Assembly: GCA_041737595.1 (NCBI GenBank)
Contig: JBGSRK010000014.1
Coordinates: 118-64,117 of the forward strand
DNA: 64,000 nt
Direction: 5' to 3'
Source: Patescibacteria group bacterium
GTDB taxonomy: Bacteria > Patescibacteriota > CPR2 > UBA1875
The position numbers and the translations under genes were made by a program. Numbering within the stretch: position 1 is the stretch's first letter; every line of letters begins with the position of its first letter. The notes under the pieces were generated by a model. That model ran no database searches, was not told the DNA's origin, and worked only from the letters and a program-made list of their open reading frames with translations. Shown here one piece after another: positions 49,778 through 59,949 of the stretch.

Positions 49778-52380
49778 TTTTCATTTCTCCCATGGCACTT
49801 TTTATATTTTTTCCCACTTCCACATGGGCAAGGTTCATTCCTGCCAATTTTTTTACTGTTAGTATGATCTACTTCTTTTGGAATATCGTTTGTTTTTTCA
49901 TTGCTATCATTAGGGTTAGAAACATTTATACTAACCTTAAAAAATGAGTTAACAATTTCAGATTGGATGGCAGAAAGTAATTTTTGGAACATACCAAATG
50001 ATTCATTCTTATATTCTACTAATGGGTCCTTTTGACCATATCCACGAAGCCCAATCCCCTCTCTCAAATGTTCCATAGCATCAATATGATCAATCCATAA
50101 CATATCAACAGTTTTTAAATATAAAGCATGTTCAAGAATACGCATAATTTTACTTGATATTTCTTTTTCTTTGTTTATATAACCTTCTGAAAATATTTGG
50201 ATCAAAAACTCTTTTGATTTTTCAACATCTTTTGTTTTAAGTAAATCTAATTGAGAATTAGAAATATTTGGCATTATACTTTTTGCAACCTCAGAGACTT
50301 TTTCAGTATCTAATTCTTGCGTTTCTACAGATATAAATGAATTAACTATATTTTCAGATTCCTTTTTAAAATAATCAATAAAATCATCTTTAAGAGACTC
50401 GGCGTTAATTGCCTCTCTTCTTTTATTATAGATGTATTCTCTTTGTTTATTTGCAATATCATCATATTCGACCAAATGTTTCCTTGTATCAAAATTTTGG
50501 CCCTCAACTCTCTTTTGAGCCTGCTCTAGAGACTTTGTAATAATTGAATGAGTAATAGGTGTATCATCTGGAAGCCCAAGAGTGTCCATCATAGTTTTAA
50601 CTTTATCAGAACCAAATATTCTCATTAAATCATCTTCAAGAGAAACAAAAAATTGTGTTGAGCCTGGGTCTCCTTGTCGACCAGCCCTACCACGAAGCTG
50701 ATTATCAATTCTTCTGGATTCATGTCTTTCTGTACCGATAATATGTAGCCCACCAACCTCAATAACCCCATCACCTAATAAAATATCCGTACCTCTCCCG
50801 GCCATATTTGTTGCAACAGTTACAGCACTCTTTTGACCTGCATTTTCAATAATCATTGCTTCTTTTTCATGATTTTTTGCATTTAAAACTTCATGCTTTA
50901 TACCTTCTCTATTCAAAAGGTCTGATAATATTTCATTTTTATCAATAGAAACAGTTCCAACAAGTACTGGCTGTCCTTTTGAATGTCGTTCCTTAATATC
51001 TTTAACAACAGCAAGAAATTTTGCTTTTTCGTTTTTGTAAATAACATCTCCAATATCCTTTCTTATCATTGGCCTATTAGTTGGCATTACAATAACATCA
51101 AGGTTATATATTTTATGAAATTCCTCAGCCTCAGTAACTGCAGTTCCTGTCATCCCAGAAATCTTTACATATAATCTGAAATAATTTTGAAAAGAGATTG
51201 TTGCAAGGGTAATAGATTCTTGCTTAATTTGAACACCTTCTTTAGCCTCAATTGCTTGATGAAGCCCCTCAGAATATCTTCTTCCTTCCATAAGTCGTCC
51301 AGTAAATTCATCAACAATAACTATTTCACCGTTTTTTATGACATAATCTTTATCATTTTTAAATAATGCTTCAGCTTTTAATGCCTGTTCAATGTGATGA
51401 ACATTTTCAATCCCATATGCTTCATATATATTTTCTATACCAAGTAGCTTCTCCATATGGGAGATCCCTTCATCAGTTAATGTTGCTGCATGCATTTTTT
51501 CATCTACAACAAAATCTTTTTCCGGTGTTAATTGTGTAACTAATTTTGCAAACTCATAATATTTATTTGTTGCTTCTTCTGCCGGGGCAGAAATAATTAA
51601 CGGGGTTCTTGATTCATCAATAAGAATTGAATCTACTTCATCAACAATCGCAAAATGAAGGGGTCTTTGGACCATTTGGTCATTGTTCTGGGCCATATTA
51701 TCTCTTAAATAATCGAAACCAAATTCATTATTTGTACCATAAGTAATATCAGTGTAATATGCTTCTTTGCGAGTTATTTCTCTTAAATTTTTTGTTTTTT
51801 CGTCTAATGAATCTTTATTATCAATAGTTTTATCAAAAATATATGCTTTATTATGAATAATTGTAGAGGTTGAGAGACCTAAAAAATCGTAAATACGTCC
51901 CATCCAACCCGCATCACGTTTTGCAAGATAATCATTTACAGTAATTATATGTATACCTTTGCCACAAAGTGCATTTAAGGAAGCAGAAAGTGTTGCAACT
52001 AAGGTTTTCCCCTCCCCTGTTCTCATCTCAGCTATCTTCCCATTATTAAGAACAATACCTCCCATCAACTGAACATCATAATGACGTTGACCTATAGTTC
52101 TTTTAGCAGCTTCACGTGTAAGCGCAAATACCTCAACAAGATATTTATCTAAAATATCAAGTTCAACTTTTTTTAATGATTCTTTATCTTTCGTTTTATT
52201 CTTATCATTTTCTAACTCTTTAATAACTTCATCTTTTATTTCCTGATATCTATCTTTAATTTTTATATCAGAAAGTTTTTGGATTTTATCTTCCAAATGA
52301 TTTATTTCAGCTACTTTTGGCTCTAATTTTATTACTTCTTTGGCATTTGGGTCACCAAAGATTTTACTGAATAGTGACAT
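49774..52380 (-). CDS. secA: Preprotein translocase SecA
   Basis: MRTGEGKT, DEVD, QLRGRAGRQGD, SEC-C motif. Confidence 0.98.
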   Translation of the reverse strand: MSLFSKIFGDPNAKEVIKLEPKVAEINHLEDKIQKLSDIKIKDRYQEIKDEVIKELENDKNKTKDKESLKKVELDILDKYLVEVFALTREAAKRTIGQRHYDVQLMGGIVLNNGKIAEMRTGEGKTLVATLSASLNALCGKGIHIITVNDYLAKRDAGWMGRIYDFLGLSTSTIIHNKAYIFDKTIDNKDSLDEKTKNLREITRKEAYYTDITYGTNNEFGFDYLRDNMAQNNDQMVQRPLHFAIVDEVDSILIDESRTPLIISAPAEEATNKYYEFAKLVTQLTPEKDFVVDEKMHAATLTDEGISHMEKLLGIENIYEAYGIENVHHIEQALKAEALFKNDKDYVIKNGEIVIVDEFTGRLMEGRRYSEGLHQAIEAKEGVQIKQESITLATISFQNYFRLYVKISGMTGTAVTEAEEFHKIYNLDVIVMPTNRPMIRKDIGDVIYKNEKAKFLAVVKDIKERHSKGQPVLVGTVSIDKNEILSDLLNREGIKHEVLNAKNHEKEAMIIENAGQKSAVTVATNMAGRGTDILLGDGVIEVGGLHIIGTERHESRRIDNQLRGRAGRQGDPGSTQFFVSLEDDLMRIFGSDKVKTMMDTLGLPDDTPITHSIITKSLEQAQKRVEGQNFDTRKHLVEYDDIANKQREYIYNKRREAINAESLKDDFIDYFKKESENIVNSFISVETQELDTEKVSEVAKSIMPNISNSQLDLLKTKDVEKSKEFLIQIFSEGYINKEKEISSKIMRILEHALYLKTVDMLWIDHIDAMEHLREGIGLRGYGQKDPLVEYKNESFGMFQKLLSAIQSEIVNSFFKVSINVSNPNDSNEKTNDIPKEVDHTNSKKIGRNEPCPCGSGKKYKKCHGRNEK

Positions 52381-52381
52381 A

Positions 52382-52729
52382 TTATTTTCCGAAAAAGTTT
52401 TTTACCCAGTTTTTGGCCTGATGTATTTTATTGGGTGTATTTTTTTCTTTAACCTTTCTTAATTGTTGTTGTAATTTACCTACGACCATATCAATAGCAG
52501 TAAAAATATCTTTTGAATATTCTTCAGCAAAAAGATCATTCCCGGGAATCAAAATTTTTACTTTACAACCATATTTAACATTTGGTGTATCACTCCCATG
52601 TTCTTCAAGGGCTACTTCAGCTTTAACTATATTCCTATAATATTTTTCTAGTCGACCAATTTTTTCTGCAGCATAGTCTCTTGTTTTTTTGTCCATCTCA
52701 AAATGTACATTTCTTATATCAATTTTCAT
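52382..52729 (-). CDS. raiA: Ribosome hibernation factor (RaiA/HPF)
   Basis: S30AE-like sequence upstream of secA. Confidence 0.85.
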   Translation of the reverse strand: MKIDIRNVHFEMDKKTRDYAAEKIGRLEKYYRNIVKAEVALEEHGSDTPNVKYGCKVKILIPGNDLFAEEYSKDIFTAIDMVVGKLQQQLRKVKEKNTPNKIHQAKNWVKNFFGK

Positions 52730-52741
52730 AGTTCTCCTTTT

Positions 52742-53977
52742 TTATATAATTTTCTTAAATCCAGTATATTTTTGTAAGACATCTGGAATTGTGATTGAAC
52801 CATCTTTATTTTGATAATTTTCAATAATCGAAATAATCATTCTACCAATAGCAAAGGCTGTGCCATTTAATGTATGTACAAAAAATTTATCTCCATCAGA
52901 ATTGCGATATTTAATATTTAAGCGTCTAGCCTGAAAATCCGTACAATTTGAGGTAGAATGTGTTTCTCTATATTTATTTTGTGATGGTACCCAACATTCA
53001 ATGTCAAATTTTTTTGCAGCAGGTAACCCTAAGTCTGCGGTGCAAATATTTAAAACTTGATAAGGTAATTTTAAACCTTTAACTAGTTTTTCCTCTATTG
53101 ATAGTAAAAAATCATGTTCTTTTCCGGAATCTTCTGGTCTTGAATAGGTAAACATCTCAATTTTATCGAATTGATGCATTCTTAAAATGCCTTTAGTATC
53201 TTTTCCATAAGAGCCAGCTTCTCGACGAAAACAGCTTGAAAAAGCAGCATATCTGAGAGGTAATTGGGATTCATTAAAAACCTCCCCAGCGTGCATTGGC
53301 CCAACAGATTGTTCAGATGTTCCTACAAGATACATATCATCTTTATTTAGATAATATATTTCATCGTCCCCACCATGTTCAAGATAGCCCATTGCTGCCA
53401 TAGATTCGCTTTTAATTATTACTGGTGGGAAAACTGGGATAAAACCTTCTTTTATTAAGATATCAAATGCATAATTTATTAATGCAAGTTCAATCTGTGC
53501 AATTTTACCCTTAAGATAAACAAACCTAGAGCCAGAAACATTAGAACCTCTACCTAAATCAATTTCTTTAGAATTTTCCGTTAATTCAATATGATTTTTA
53601 GGTTTAAAATCAAATTTAGTTGGAACACCCTCTGTTCTTAATACACTATTTTCACCATCACCTTTGCCAATAATTACCTCAGGAAGCGCTGGATTAGGTA
53701 TTGACCTCATGATTTCATTCCACTGTTTTTCAATTGGGGACAACTCTTTCTCTATTTTTTCTAATTTAATTTTTGATTCCTTAATCAATTTAATTTCAGT
53801 ATCTGTAGGTTTTCCAGCTTGTTTTTTTGAACTCCTGAGTTTATCCCTTTTTAATATTAAATCTACCCTTTTTTTATCCAAAATCAAAAGTTTATTAATA
53901 TCAACCTTTGCGCCTTTATCTAGAGATGATTTTTCTACTAATTTAGGGTTTTCTCTAATATATTTTATATCAAGCAT
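52742..53977 (-). CDS. serS: Serine--tRNA ligase
   Basis: GTSE, FRREAG, SNCTDFQARR, TLNGT. Confidence 0.97.
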   Translation of the reverse strand: MLDIKYIRENPKLVEKSSLDKGAKVDINKLLILDKKRVDLILKRDKLRSSKKQAGKPTDTEIKLIKESKIKLEKIEKELSPIEKQWNEIMRSIPNPALPEVIIGKGDGENSVLRTEGVPTKFDFKPKNHIELTENSKEIDLGRGSNVSGSRFVYLKGKIAQIELALINYAFDILIKEGFIPVFPPVIIKSESMAAMGYLEHGGDDEIYYLNKDDMYLVGTSEQSVGPMHAGEVFNESQLPLRYAAFSSCFRREAGSYGKDTKGILRMHQFDKIEMFTYSRPEDSGKEHDFLLSIEEKLVKGLKLPYQVLNICTADLGLPAAKKFDIECWVPSQNKYRETHSTSNCTDFQARRLNIKYRNSDGDKFFVHTLNGTAFAIGRMIISIIENYQNKDGSITIPDVLQKYTGFKKII

Positions 53978-54188
53978 GAATAGATTATAACGTAATTTTA
54001 ATTATTTTTGAATATCAAAAATCCCACACAATTGTGTAGGATTTACTTGGGGATTTATGATTACGAGGGGGAATTACCCCCGGTGGACCAAAACCTTTTT
54101 ACGGGCAGGTCAACTAAATCTAATATATAACATTGCATTGAATAAGTTAATGTCAGAAAACACAAAAAATACCAATAAAGTTTGGAAA

Positions 54189-55655
54189 TTATTTCTTATT
54201 AGGTTTCATTAGAGGAAATATTTGTGTTTCTCGGGCAGGTTTATTTGAAAGAAATGAAAATAGTCTTTCTGATACTCCAAAACCAAATGTTGGGGGCATA
54301 CCATACTCAAGTGCTTCAACAAAATCATGATCATACATTTGAGCCTCTTCGTCACCTTGCTCTCTTAATTTTTGTTGTTCTGTAAACCTTCCGGCTTGGT
54401 CTACTGGGTCATTGAGTTCTGAAAACCCTTTACCCATTTCTGATCCTGCAAGAATAACCTGAAATCTTTGTACTAAGTTATTATTATCTGTTTTTCTTTT
54501 TGCTAATGGCTCAATACTAACAGGAACATCAACTAAAAACCCAGGACCGGCTATATTTTTACGACAATATTTCCAAAGATTATCAATCCCTCGATTAAAG
54601 TTGAAGCCCTTATTATCATAATTAATTTTTAGCTCATTAAGTTTATTTTTAATTTCTACAGTAGTAGTTTTTTCAATATCAATTTTAGTATATTTCTTTA
54701 TTATTTCGCGGAATTTATAAATTTCCCATTTTTTATTAAGATTTATATTAAAATCACCTATTTTAAATTGATATGTACCAAACGTTTCCTTGGCAAGTTT
54801 TTTATACAGTTTTTCAACTAATTTCATACCTTCATTATAATCAGAATATGCCATATAAAATTCCATTTGAGTATAATCTTGTAAATGCTCATGACTCATG
54901 CCTTCATTCCTAAATATTCTTCCAATCTCAAAGGTTCTTTCAAGACCTGCAACCATTAACCTTTTTTGCCATAATTCACCACAAGATATTCTTAAAAAAA
55001 CATCAATATCAAGGGCATTATGGTGTGAAACAAAGGGCCTTGCGTCTGCACCACCTGTAACTGTTTCTATAATTGGTGTTTCAACTTCTAAAAAATTCAT
55101 ATCTAAAAGAAAGTTTCTCATTGTTTGCCAAAATTTAGATCTTTTTACCACCATATCCTGGATTTCTGAATTTGTAATAATATCAAGGTACCTTTTTCTA
55201 AGTCTTAGTTCTTCATCCTTAAGACCATGGAATTTCTCTGGAAGTGGTCTCAGAGACTTAGAGAGCATTCTAAATCCAGATACATCCACAGATATTTCTC
55301 CGGCCTTAGTTTTAAAAACAACACCTTGGGCTTCAATAAAATCACCCATATCAAATTTACGGAGTACCTTATATTTTTGTTTCCCTAAATTATCTTCTTT
55401 GAAGGCTAGCTGTATTTCACCAGAATAATCTTTAATAGTTGTAAAAGAAATTTTCCCATGTGATCTTAATGTCATAATTCTACCAACTACAAAAACTTTT
55501 TTTGTTTTAAATTTATTAAATGAATTAGTAATTTCACTATTATAATTAGTCCTTTTACCAGTAGATGGATAAGGGTCAACTCCTAAGTCTTTTAATAAAT
55601 TTAACTTTTGAATTCTTTCGTTATATATTTGTTTTTCAGTTTTTCCTTCATTCAT
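54189..55655 (-). CDS. lysS: Lysine--tRNA ligase (class II)
   Basis: RYLD, GGADARPF, FRNEG, SELNDP, GMPP. Start set at MNEGK. Confidence 0.96.
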   Translation of the reverse strand: MNEGKTEKQIYNERIQKLNLLKDLGVDPYPSTGKRTNYNSEITNSFNKFKTKKVFVVGRIMTLRSHGKISFTTIKDYSGEIQLAFKEDNLGKQKYKVLRKFDMGDFIEAQGVVFKTKAGEISVDVSGFRMLSKSLRPLPEKFHGLKDEELRLRKRYLDIITNSEIQDMVVKRSKFWQTMRNFLLDMNFLEVETPIIETVTGGADARPFVSHHNALDIDVFLRISCGELWQKRLMVAGLERTFEIGRIFRNEGMSHEHLQDYTQMEFYMAYSDYNEGMKLVEKLYKKLAKETFGTYQFKIGDFNINLNKKWEIYKFREIIKKYTKIDIEKTTTVEIKNKLNELKINYDNKGFNFNRGIDNLWKYCRKNIAGPGFLVDVPVSIEPLAKRKTDNNNLVQRFQVILAGSEMGKGFSELNDPVDQAGRFTEQQKLREQGDEEAQMYDHDFVEALEYGMPPTFGFGVSERLFSFLSNKPARETQIFPLMKPNKK

Positions 55656-55721
55656 AATAAAAATAGTATCAAAAAACTGGCTAACTTGCCAGCTTTTTGA
55701 CTCTCTCAAATCCTATAATGT

Positions 55722-56186
55722 CTACGAAATTTTTTTGATTTTATATTTCATTACCCCTGCTGGGACAGTAACTTCTACTTCTTCACCTTTTTTCTTACCA
55801 ATTAATGCTTGACCAATTGGAGATTCATTTGAAATATAACCTTTTGCTGGGTCAGCCTCAGTTGAGCCTACAATTTTGTATTTAAGTTCTCTGTCTGAAG
55901 CTTCCAAGTGAACAGTACATCCTACATTAACAAGGTCACAAACCATATTTGATTCATCAATAATTTGAGCATTTTTTAAAATATGTTCAACTTCAATAAT
56001 TCTTCCTTCTACAAATGATTGTTGTTCTTTTGCATCAGAATATTCAGAATTCTCTGCCAGGTCTCCATACTCTTTTGCAGTTTTTATTCTATCGGCTACT
56101 ACTTTTCTTTCTTTAGTCAAAAGATTCTCAAGTTCTACCTTAAGATTTTCATAGCCTTCTTTTGTTAAATACATTGTTTTTTCCAT
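55722..56186 (-). CDS. greA: Transcription elongation factor GreA
   Basis: GDLAENSEY, ISNESPIG. Confidence 0.96.
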   Translation of the reverse strand: MEKTMYLTKEGYENLKVELENLLTKERKVVADRIKTAKEYGDLAENSEYSDAKEQQSFVEGRIIEVEHILKNAQIIDESNMVCDLVNVGCTVHLEASDRELKYKIVGSTEADPAKGYISNESPIGQALIGKKKGEEVEVTVPAGVMKYKIKKIS

Positions 56187-56307
56187 AATTTTTCCTTGTT
56201 TTTAGAGTAAAAAAAACACAGACTTTTCGCTTTCTGTCTTTTGTGCTTAGTCATTTTATTTAATAGTCAATCAATTGTCAAGTCTATTTTAAAATAAATT
56301 TATATAT

Positions 56308-56597
56308 TTATTTAGTAGGTTTTATAAAATTCTCGCTAAAGATTTTTGATTCAAGATCATTAAAAATTTTTAAGACTGAAAATTCTAATTTTGTTTGATT
56401 ATTTGTAAGTTCTAATTTTTTTATAACAATTTTGCCTAAATACTTATATTTATAATCACAAAATTCCAATGGAACATTAATTGAAAATATTCTTTGACCT
56501 TCTTTAATAATTGAATATAATTTTTTTCCTTCAATCCTAGAATATTAAAATTTTTAGGTAAAACTAGTAATGAATTAATTTCTATTGGAAATCCCAT
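56308..56597 (-). pseudogene. Frameshifted DUF2584-like gene
   Basis: Starts at a TAATG overlap with GlyRS. One extra A in the A7 run at 56521-56527 gives a 96-aa ORF (MGFPIEIN...KEGQRIFSINVPLE...KIVIKKLE). Confidence 0.6.
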
Positions 56598-57991
56598 TAT
56601 TTATTTAACTCTTTATTAAAAAAATCATTAAGCTTTGAAATTTCTAATCTTTTTTGTTCCATATTATCTCTATCTCTGATTGTAACAGTATTTTTTTCTA
56701 AAGTGTCAAAATCAACTGTAATGCAATATGGCGTACCAATTTCATCTTGCCTTCTATATCTTTTACCAATATTCCCATTGTCATCAAATTCACAAGAAAA
56801 TTGTTCTTTAAGTATATCAAAAATTTCTTTAGCTTTTTTAACAAGCTCCGGCTTATTTTTAAGAAGAGGGAAAACAGCAACCTTAATAGGAGCTAAGTTT
56901 CTTGGAAATTTCATGACAATTCTATCTTCATCTCCAACTTTTTCTTCAGTGTAAGCTAAATCCATTACTGCAAACAAAATTCTACTTAAGCCCGCAGCAG
57001 TTTCTACAATATTTGGCATATACTTTTTATTTGTTTTTGGATCTGTATAAGAAAGGTCAGTTCCTGAAAATTTAGAATGTTGAGATAAATCCCAATCGCC
57101 TCTGGCATGTATGCCCTCGATTTCATCAAAATTACCAAGTGATTTAAAATTATATTCAATATCGTATGCTTCGGTTGCGTAATGAGCCAGCTTATTATGT
57201 TTATGCCACCTAAGTGACTTTTCTGGAAAACCAAGGGATAGATACCAGTCCCAACGTATCTTCTTCCAAGATTTGTAATATTTTTCCTCATCTTCTGGCG
57301 CTACAAAATACTGCATTTCCATTTGTTCAAACTCGCGAGTGCGAAAAATAAATTGACGAGCTACTATCTCATTCCTGAATGCTTTACCAACTTGTGCTAC
57401 CCCAAAAGGAATTTTAGGATGCAAGGAATCCATTATATTTTTATATTCGAGATAGATACCGCCACAAGTCTCTGGTCTTAAATAAACTACATTCTCTTCA
57501 GATAATGCTTCTGTAGGTGAACCTAAGTTAGATTTAACCATCATAGAAAAAACTTTGGCTTTTGTTATTTCTGTAGAACCACACTTATCGCATTTTAATT
57601 TTTTTTCTTTTCGTAATTTATCTAACTCTCTATTTATAAATTCAATAGATTCCTTATCGGCAGATATCCCCATTCCTTCAAGCACTTTATCTGCCCTCAT
57701 TCTATTTTTACATTTTTTACAATCAATCTGGGGGTCATTAAACCCTTCTAAGTGTCCCGAAGCTTCCCATGTCTTTGGGTGCATAAATATTGCACTATCT
57801 AAACCATAAACATCTTCTCTAGTTTGAACCATATCTTTAAGCCAACTAGATCGAATATTATCCTTTAATAACACCCCATAGTGGCCATAGTCATAGATTG
57901 CAGAAAGTCCGCCATAAATCTCTGACGATGGATATATAAAGCCTCTTCTTTTCGATAAAGATACAATTTTTTCAAAATCATTATTTGCCAA
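56597..57991 (-). CDS. glyQS: Glycine--tRNA ligase (alpha2 type)
   Basis: LRPET, FRNEI, RTREFEQME, IGKRYRRQDEIG. Confidence 0.95.
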   Translation of the reverse strand: MANNDFEKIVSLSKRRGFIYPSSEIYGGLSAIYDYGHYGVLLKDNIRSSWLKDMVQTREDVYGLDSAIFMHPKTWEASGHLEGFNDPQIDCKKCKNRMRADKVLEGMGISADKESIEFINRELDKLRKEKKLKCDKCGSTEITKAKVFSMMVKSNLGSPTEALSEENVVYLRPETCGGIYLEYKNIMDSLHPKIPFGVAQVGKAFRNEIVARQFIFRTREFEQMEMQYFVAPEDEEKYYKSWKKIRWDWYLSLGFPEKSLRWHKHNKLAHYATEAYDIEYNFKSLGNFDEIEGIHARGDWDLSQHSKFSGTDLSYTDPKTNKKYMPNIVETAAGLSRILFAVMDLAYTEEKVGDEDRIVMKFPRNLAPIKVAVFPLLKNKPELVKKAKEIFDILKEQFSCEFDDNGNIGKRYRRQDEIGTPYCITVDFDTLEKNTVTIRDRDNMEQKRLEISKLNDFFNKELNK

Positions 57992-58319
57992 AACTAAAGT
58001 TCTCCTTACTTGACATTTTTTCTTTTATTTCTGTATCGATTTTACCAAGTTTTTTAAGGTATTCCAAATCAAATAAATATAATTGATATTGTTGTTCAAT
58101 TTTTTCAGGATATTCCTGGGCAAAAACTGAAAGAGTTCTTGTTGTTTCTAAAAACCATTGTTCAATATCTTCGGTTTCCATTATCTCTCCTTCTGTTATT
58201 CCATTAAAGACACAGATTGGAGGTTCTTCATTCCAAACCTTATAATCATTAAGATTCCAAGAAAGCGGTGCCTTCCCTTTTTTATATGTTTTTTTCCAAT
58301 TTTCTTGAGCTTTGTTCAT
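57981..58319 (-). CDS. Hypothetical protein
   Basis: 112 aa, overlap-coupled between recO and GlyRS. Confidence 0.75.
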   Translation of the reverse strand: MNKAQENWKKTYKKGKAPLSWNLNDYKVWNEEPPICVFNGITEGEIMETEDIEQWFLETTRTLSVFAQEYPEKIEQQYQLYLFDLEYLKKLGKIDTEIKEKMSSKENFSFGK

Positions 58320-59038
58320 ATTATTTTTGATTTAGGAATTTTTGGAAGTATATCATATAAATAATTATAAATCACTTCAGAAATTTCTTTTTCATAAATA
58401 TTAATATCTTTAATACTAATGATTTTATTTATATTTTTACTTTCAAATATTCTTAATATTTTATAAACATTTTTTGAAATTTTAACCCCATCTTTATTGC
58501 AATTAACACAATATACTCCTTCAAAGCTTCCAAAATAATAATCACATTCATTAATCGAAATACCACATTTTTTACAACAAGCATAATTTGGTTTATAGCC
58601 CGAAGATTCTAAAATTAAATATTCAAAAAAAGAGATTAATATATTTTGTTTACATTCATCTACTTTATTTAACAATAACAATATTTTTTTTGCATATATA
58701 TAAATATTATTATTAGCAACTCCTTCCTCAGATGAAATATCTAAAAGCTCAATTAGATAAGCAGCCTTTTTATACGTTGCAAGATTTTTAGTTAAATTAA
58801 TATTTTGTTCACTTGATTCGGCTCCAACTAAAATCGGAAAATTTTTACCCATTAATAAATTATATTTTCCTATAGTAAAAGGTTCTATATGACAAGCCAT
58901 CTTGCTTTTTATTTTCCTAGAGCCCTTAGCAATAAATTTTATTTTCCCCTCTTCTTTTGTATAAGCAAAAACGAGACGATCTGCTTCGCCCCAATTTTTT
59001 CTGCCAAGTATTATTGCTTCAATGGATTTTTTTTGCAC
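58316..59038 (-). CDS. recO: DNA repair protein RecO
   Basis: GEADR...GKI..AKG.RK, Zn-finger CxxC. Confidence 0.9.
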   Translation of the reverse strand: MQKKSIEAIILGRKNWGEADRLVFAYTKEEGKIKFIAKGSRKIKSKMACHIEPFTIGKYNLLMGKNFPILVGAESSEQNINLTKNLATYKKAAYLIELLDISSEEGVANNNIYIYAKKILLLLNKVDECKQNILISFFEYLILESSGYKPNYACCKKCGISINECDYYFGSFEGVYCVNCNKDGVKISKNVYKILRIFESKNINKIISIKDINIYEKEISEVIYNYLYDILPKIPKSKII

Positions 59039-59427
59039 TCGTTTATTGATTTTTTAATTTCTTTTATTAATTCATTAGTTGTATAGTTTGATTTTATCAG
59101 ATACTTTCTTATTCCTAAAGTGTTAAGAAAATCAATATCGTAGACTATTCTATTTTCACCATAGTTAGAAACAACTAAATATTCTAAATTTGTTGTATTA
59201 AATTCATCTTTAAGCTCTTTTATTAATTCAAACCCATTTAGACCAGGTAACAATATATCTGTGATAATAAGGTCTGGAATATTTATACCAACTTCGTAAA
59301 TAGCCATTTTTGCATTTTTTACACATTTAAATAAAATCCCCTCTCTAGAAAGTTTTTCTGAAAGGAGTTTATAAAATATTGGGTCGTTATCGACTACTAA
59401 AACCCTGGGTATTAATTTTTTATTCAC
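59011..59427 (-). CDS. Single-domain response regulator
   Basis: VVDND, TDILLPGLNG. A GTG start is preferred. Confidence 0.85.
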   Translation of the reverse strand: MNKKLIPRVLVVDNDPIFYKLLSEKLSREGILFKCVKNAKMAIYEVGINIPDLIITDILLPGLNGFELIKELKDEFNTTNLEYLVVSNYGENRIVYDIDFLNTLGIRKYLIKSNYTTNELIKEIKKSINECKKNPLKQ

Positions 59428-59505
59428 GTAATTAATTTTACTTTTAAAAAAATGGACATTATATATCAAAATGTCCAAATATTAATAAAAGATTTATATG
59501 AAAAT

Positions 59506-59925
59506 TTATGCAGTTTCTTTAAACGCCTTACCCACAATACTTCCTTGATTTTCTAAAACATCAGATATAACTTCCACAACCTCTTCTGGAGTATGTTCAA
59601 CTTTTATAAGATATTCAGCAGCACCATTAAGCATACCTTCGGTAATATTAGGCATCTCACCATAATTAGAAAGAATGACAACTGGTATTTCCTTTGTTGA
59701 ATTATCAGATTTTAATTTCTTTAAAACCTCAAAACCGTTCATTACTGGTAGCATAAGATCAAGAACTACAATGTCTGGCAGTTCTGTTTTAGCAACTTCA
59801 AGCCCTTCAGCCCCATCTTCTGCCTTGACTACTCTGAATCCACTCGAAGTAAACTTTTTATCATATAGATCTAAAAGCGGAACTTCGTCTTCTACTATTA
59901 GTACTTTATAACCCTCTTTAACCAT
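59506..59925 (-). CDS. Single-domain response regulator
   Basis: VEDE, LDLMLP, SN, K. Confidence 0.9.
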   Translation of the reverse strand: MVKEGYKVLIVEDEVPLLDLYDKKFTSSGFRVVKAEDGAEGLEVAKTELPDIVVLDLMLPVMNGFEVLKKLKSDNSTKEIPVVILSNYGEMPNITEGMLNGAAEYLIKVEHTPEEVVEVISDVLENQGSIVGKAFKETA

Positions 59926-59949
59926 ATATTTATTGTATCAAATGTTTGT

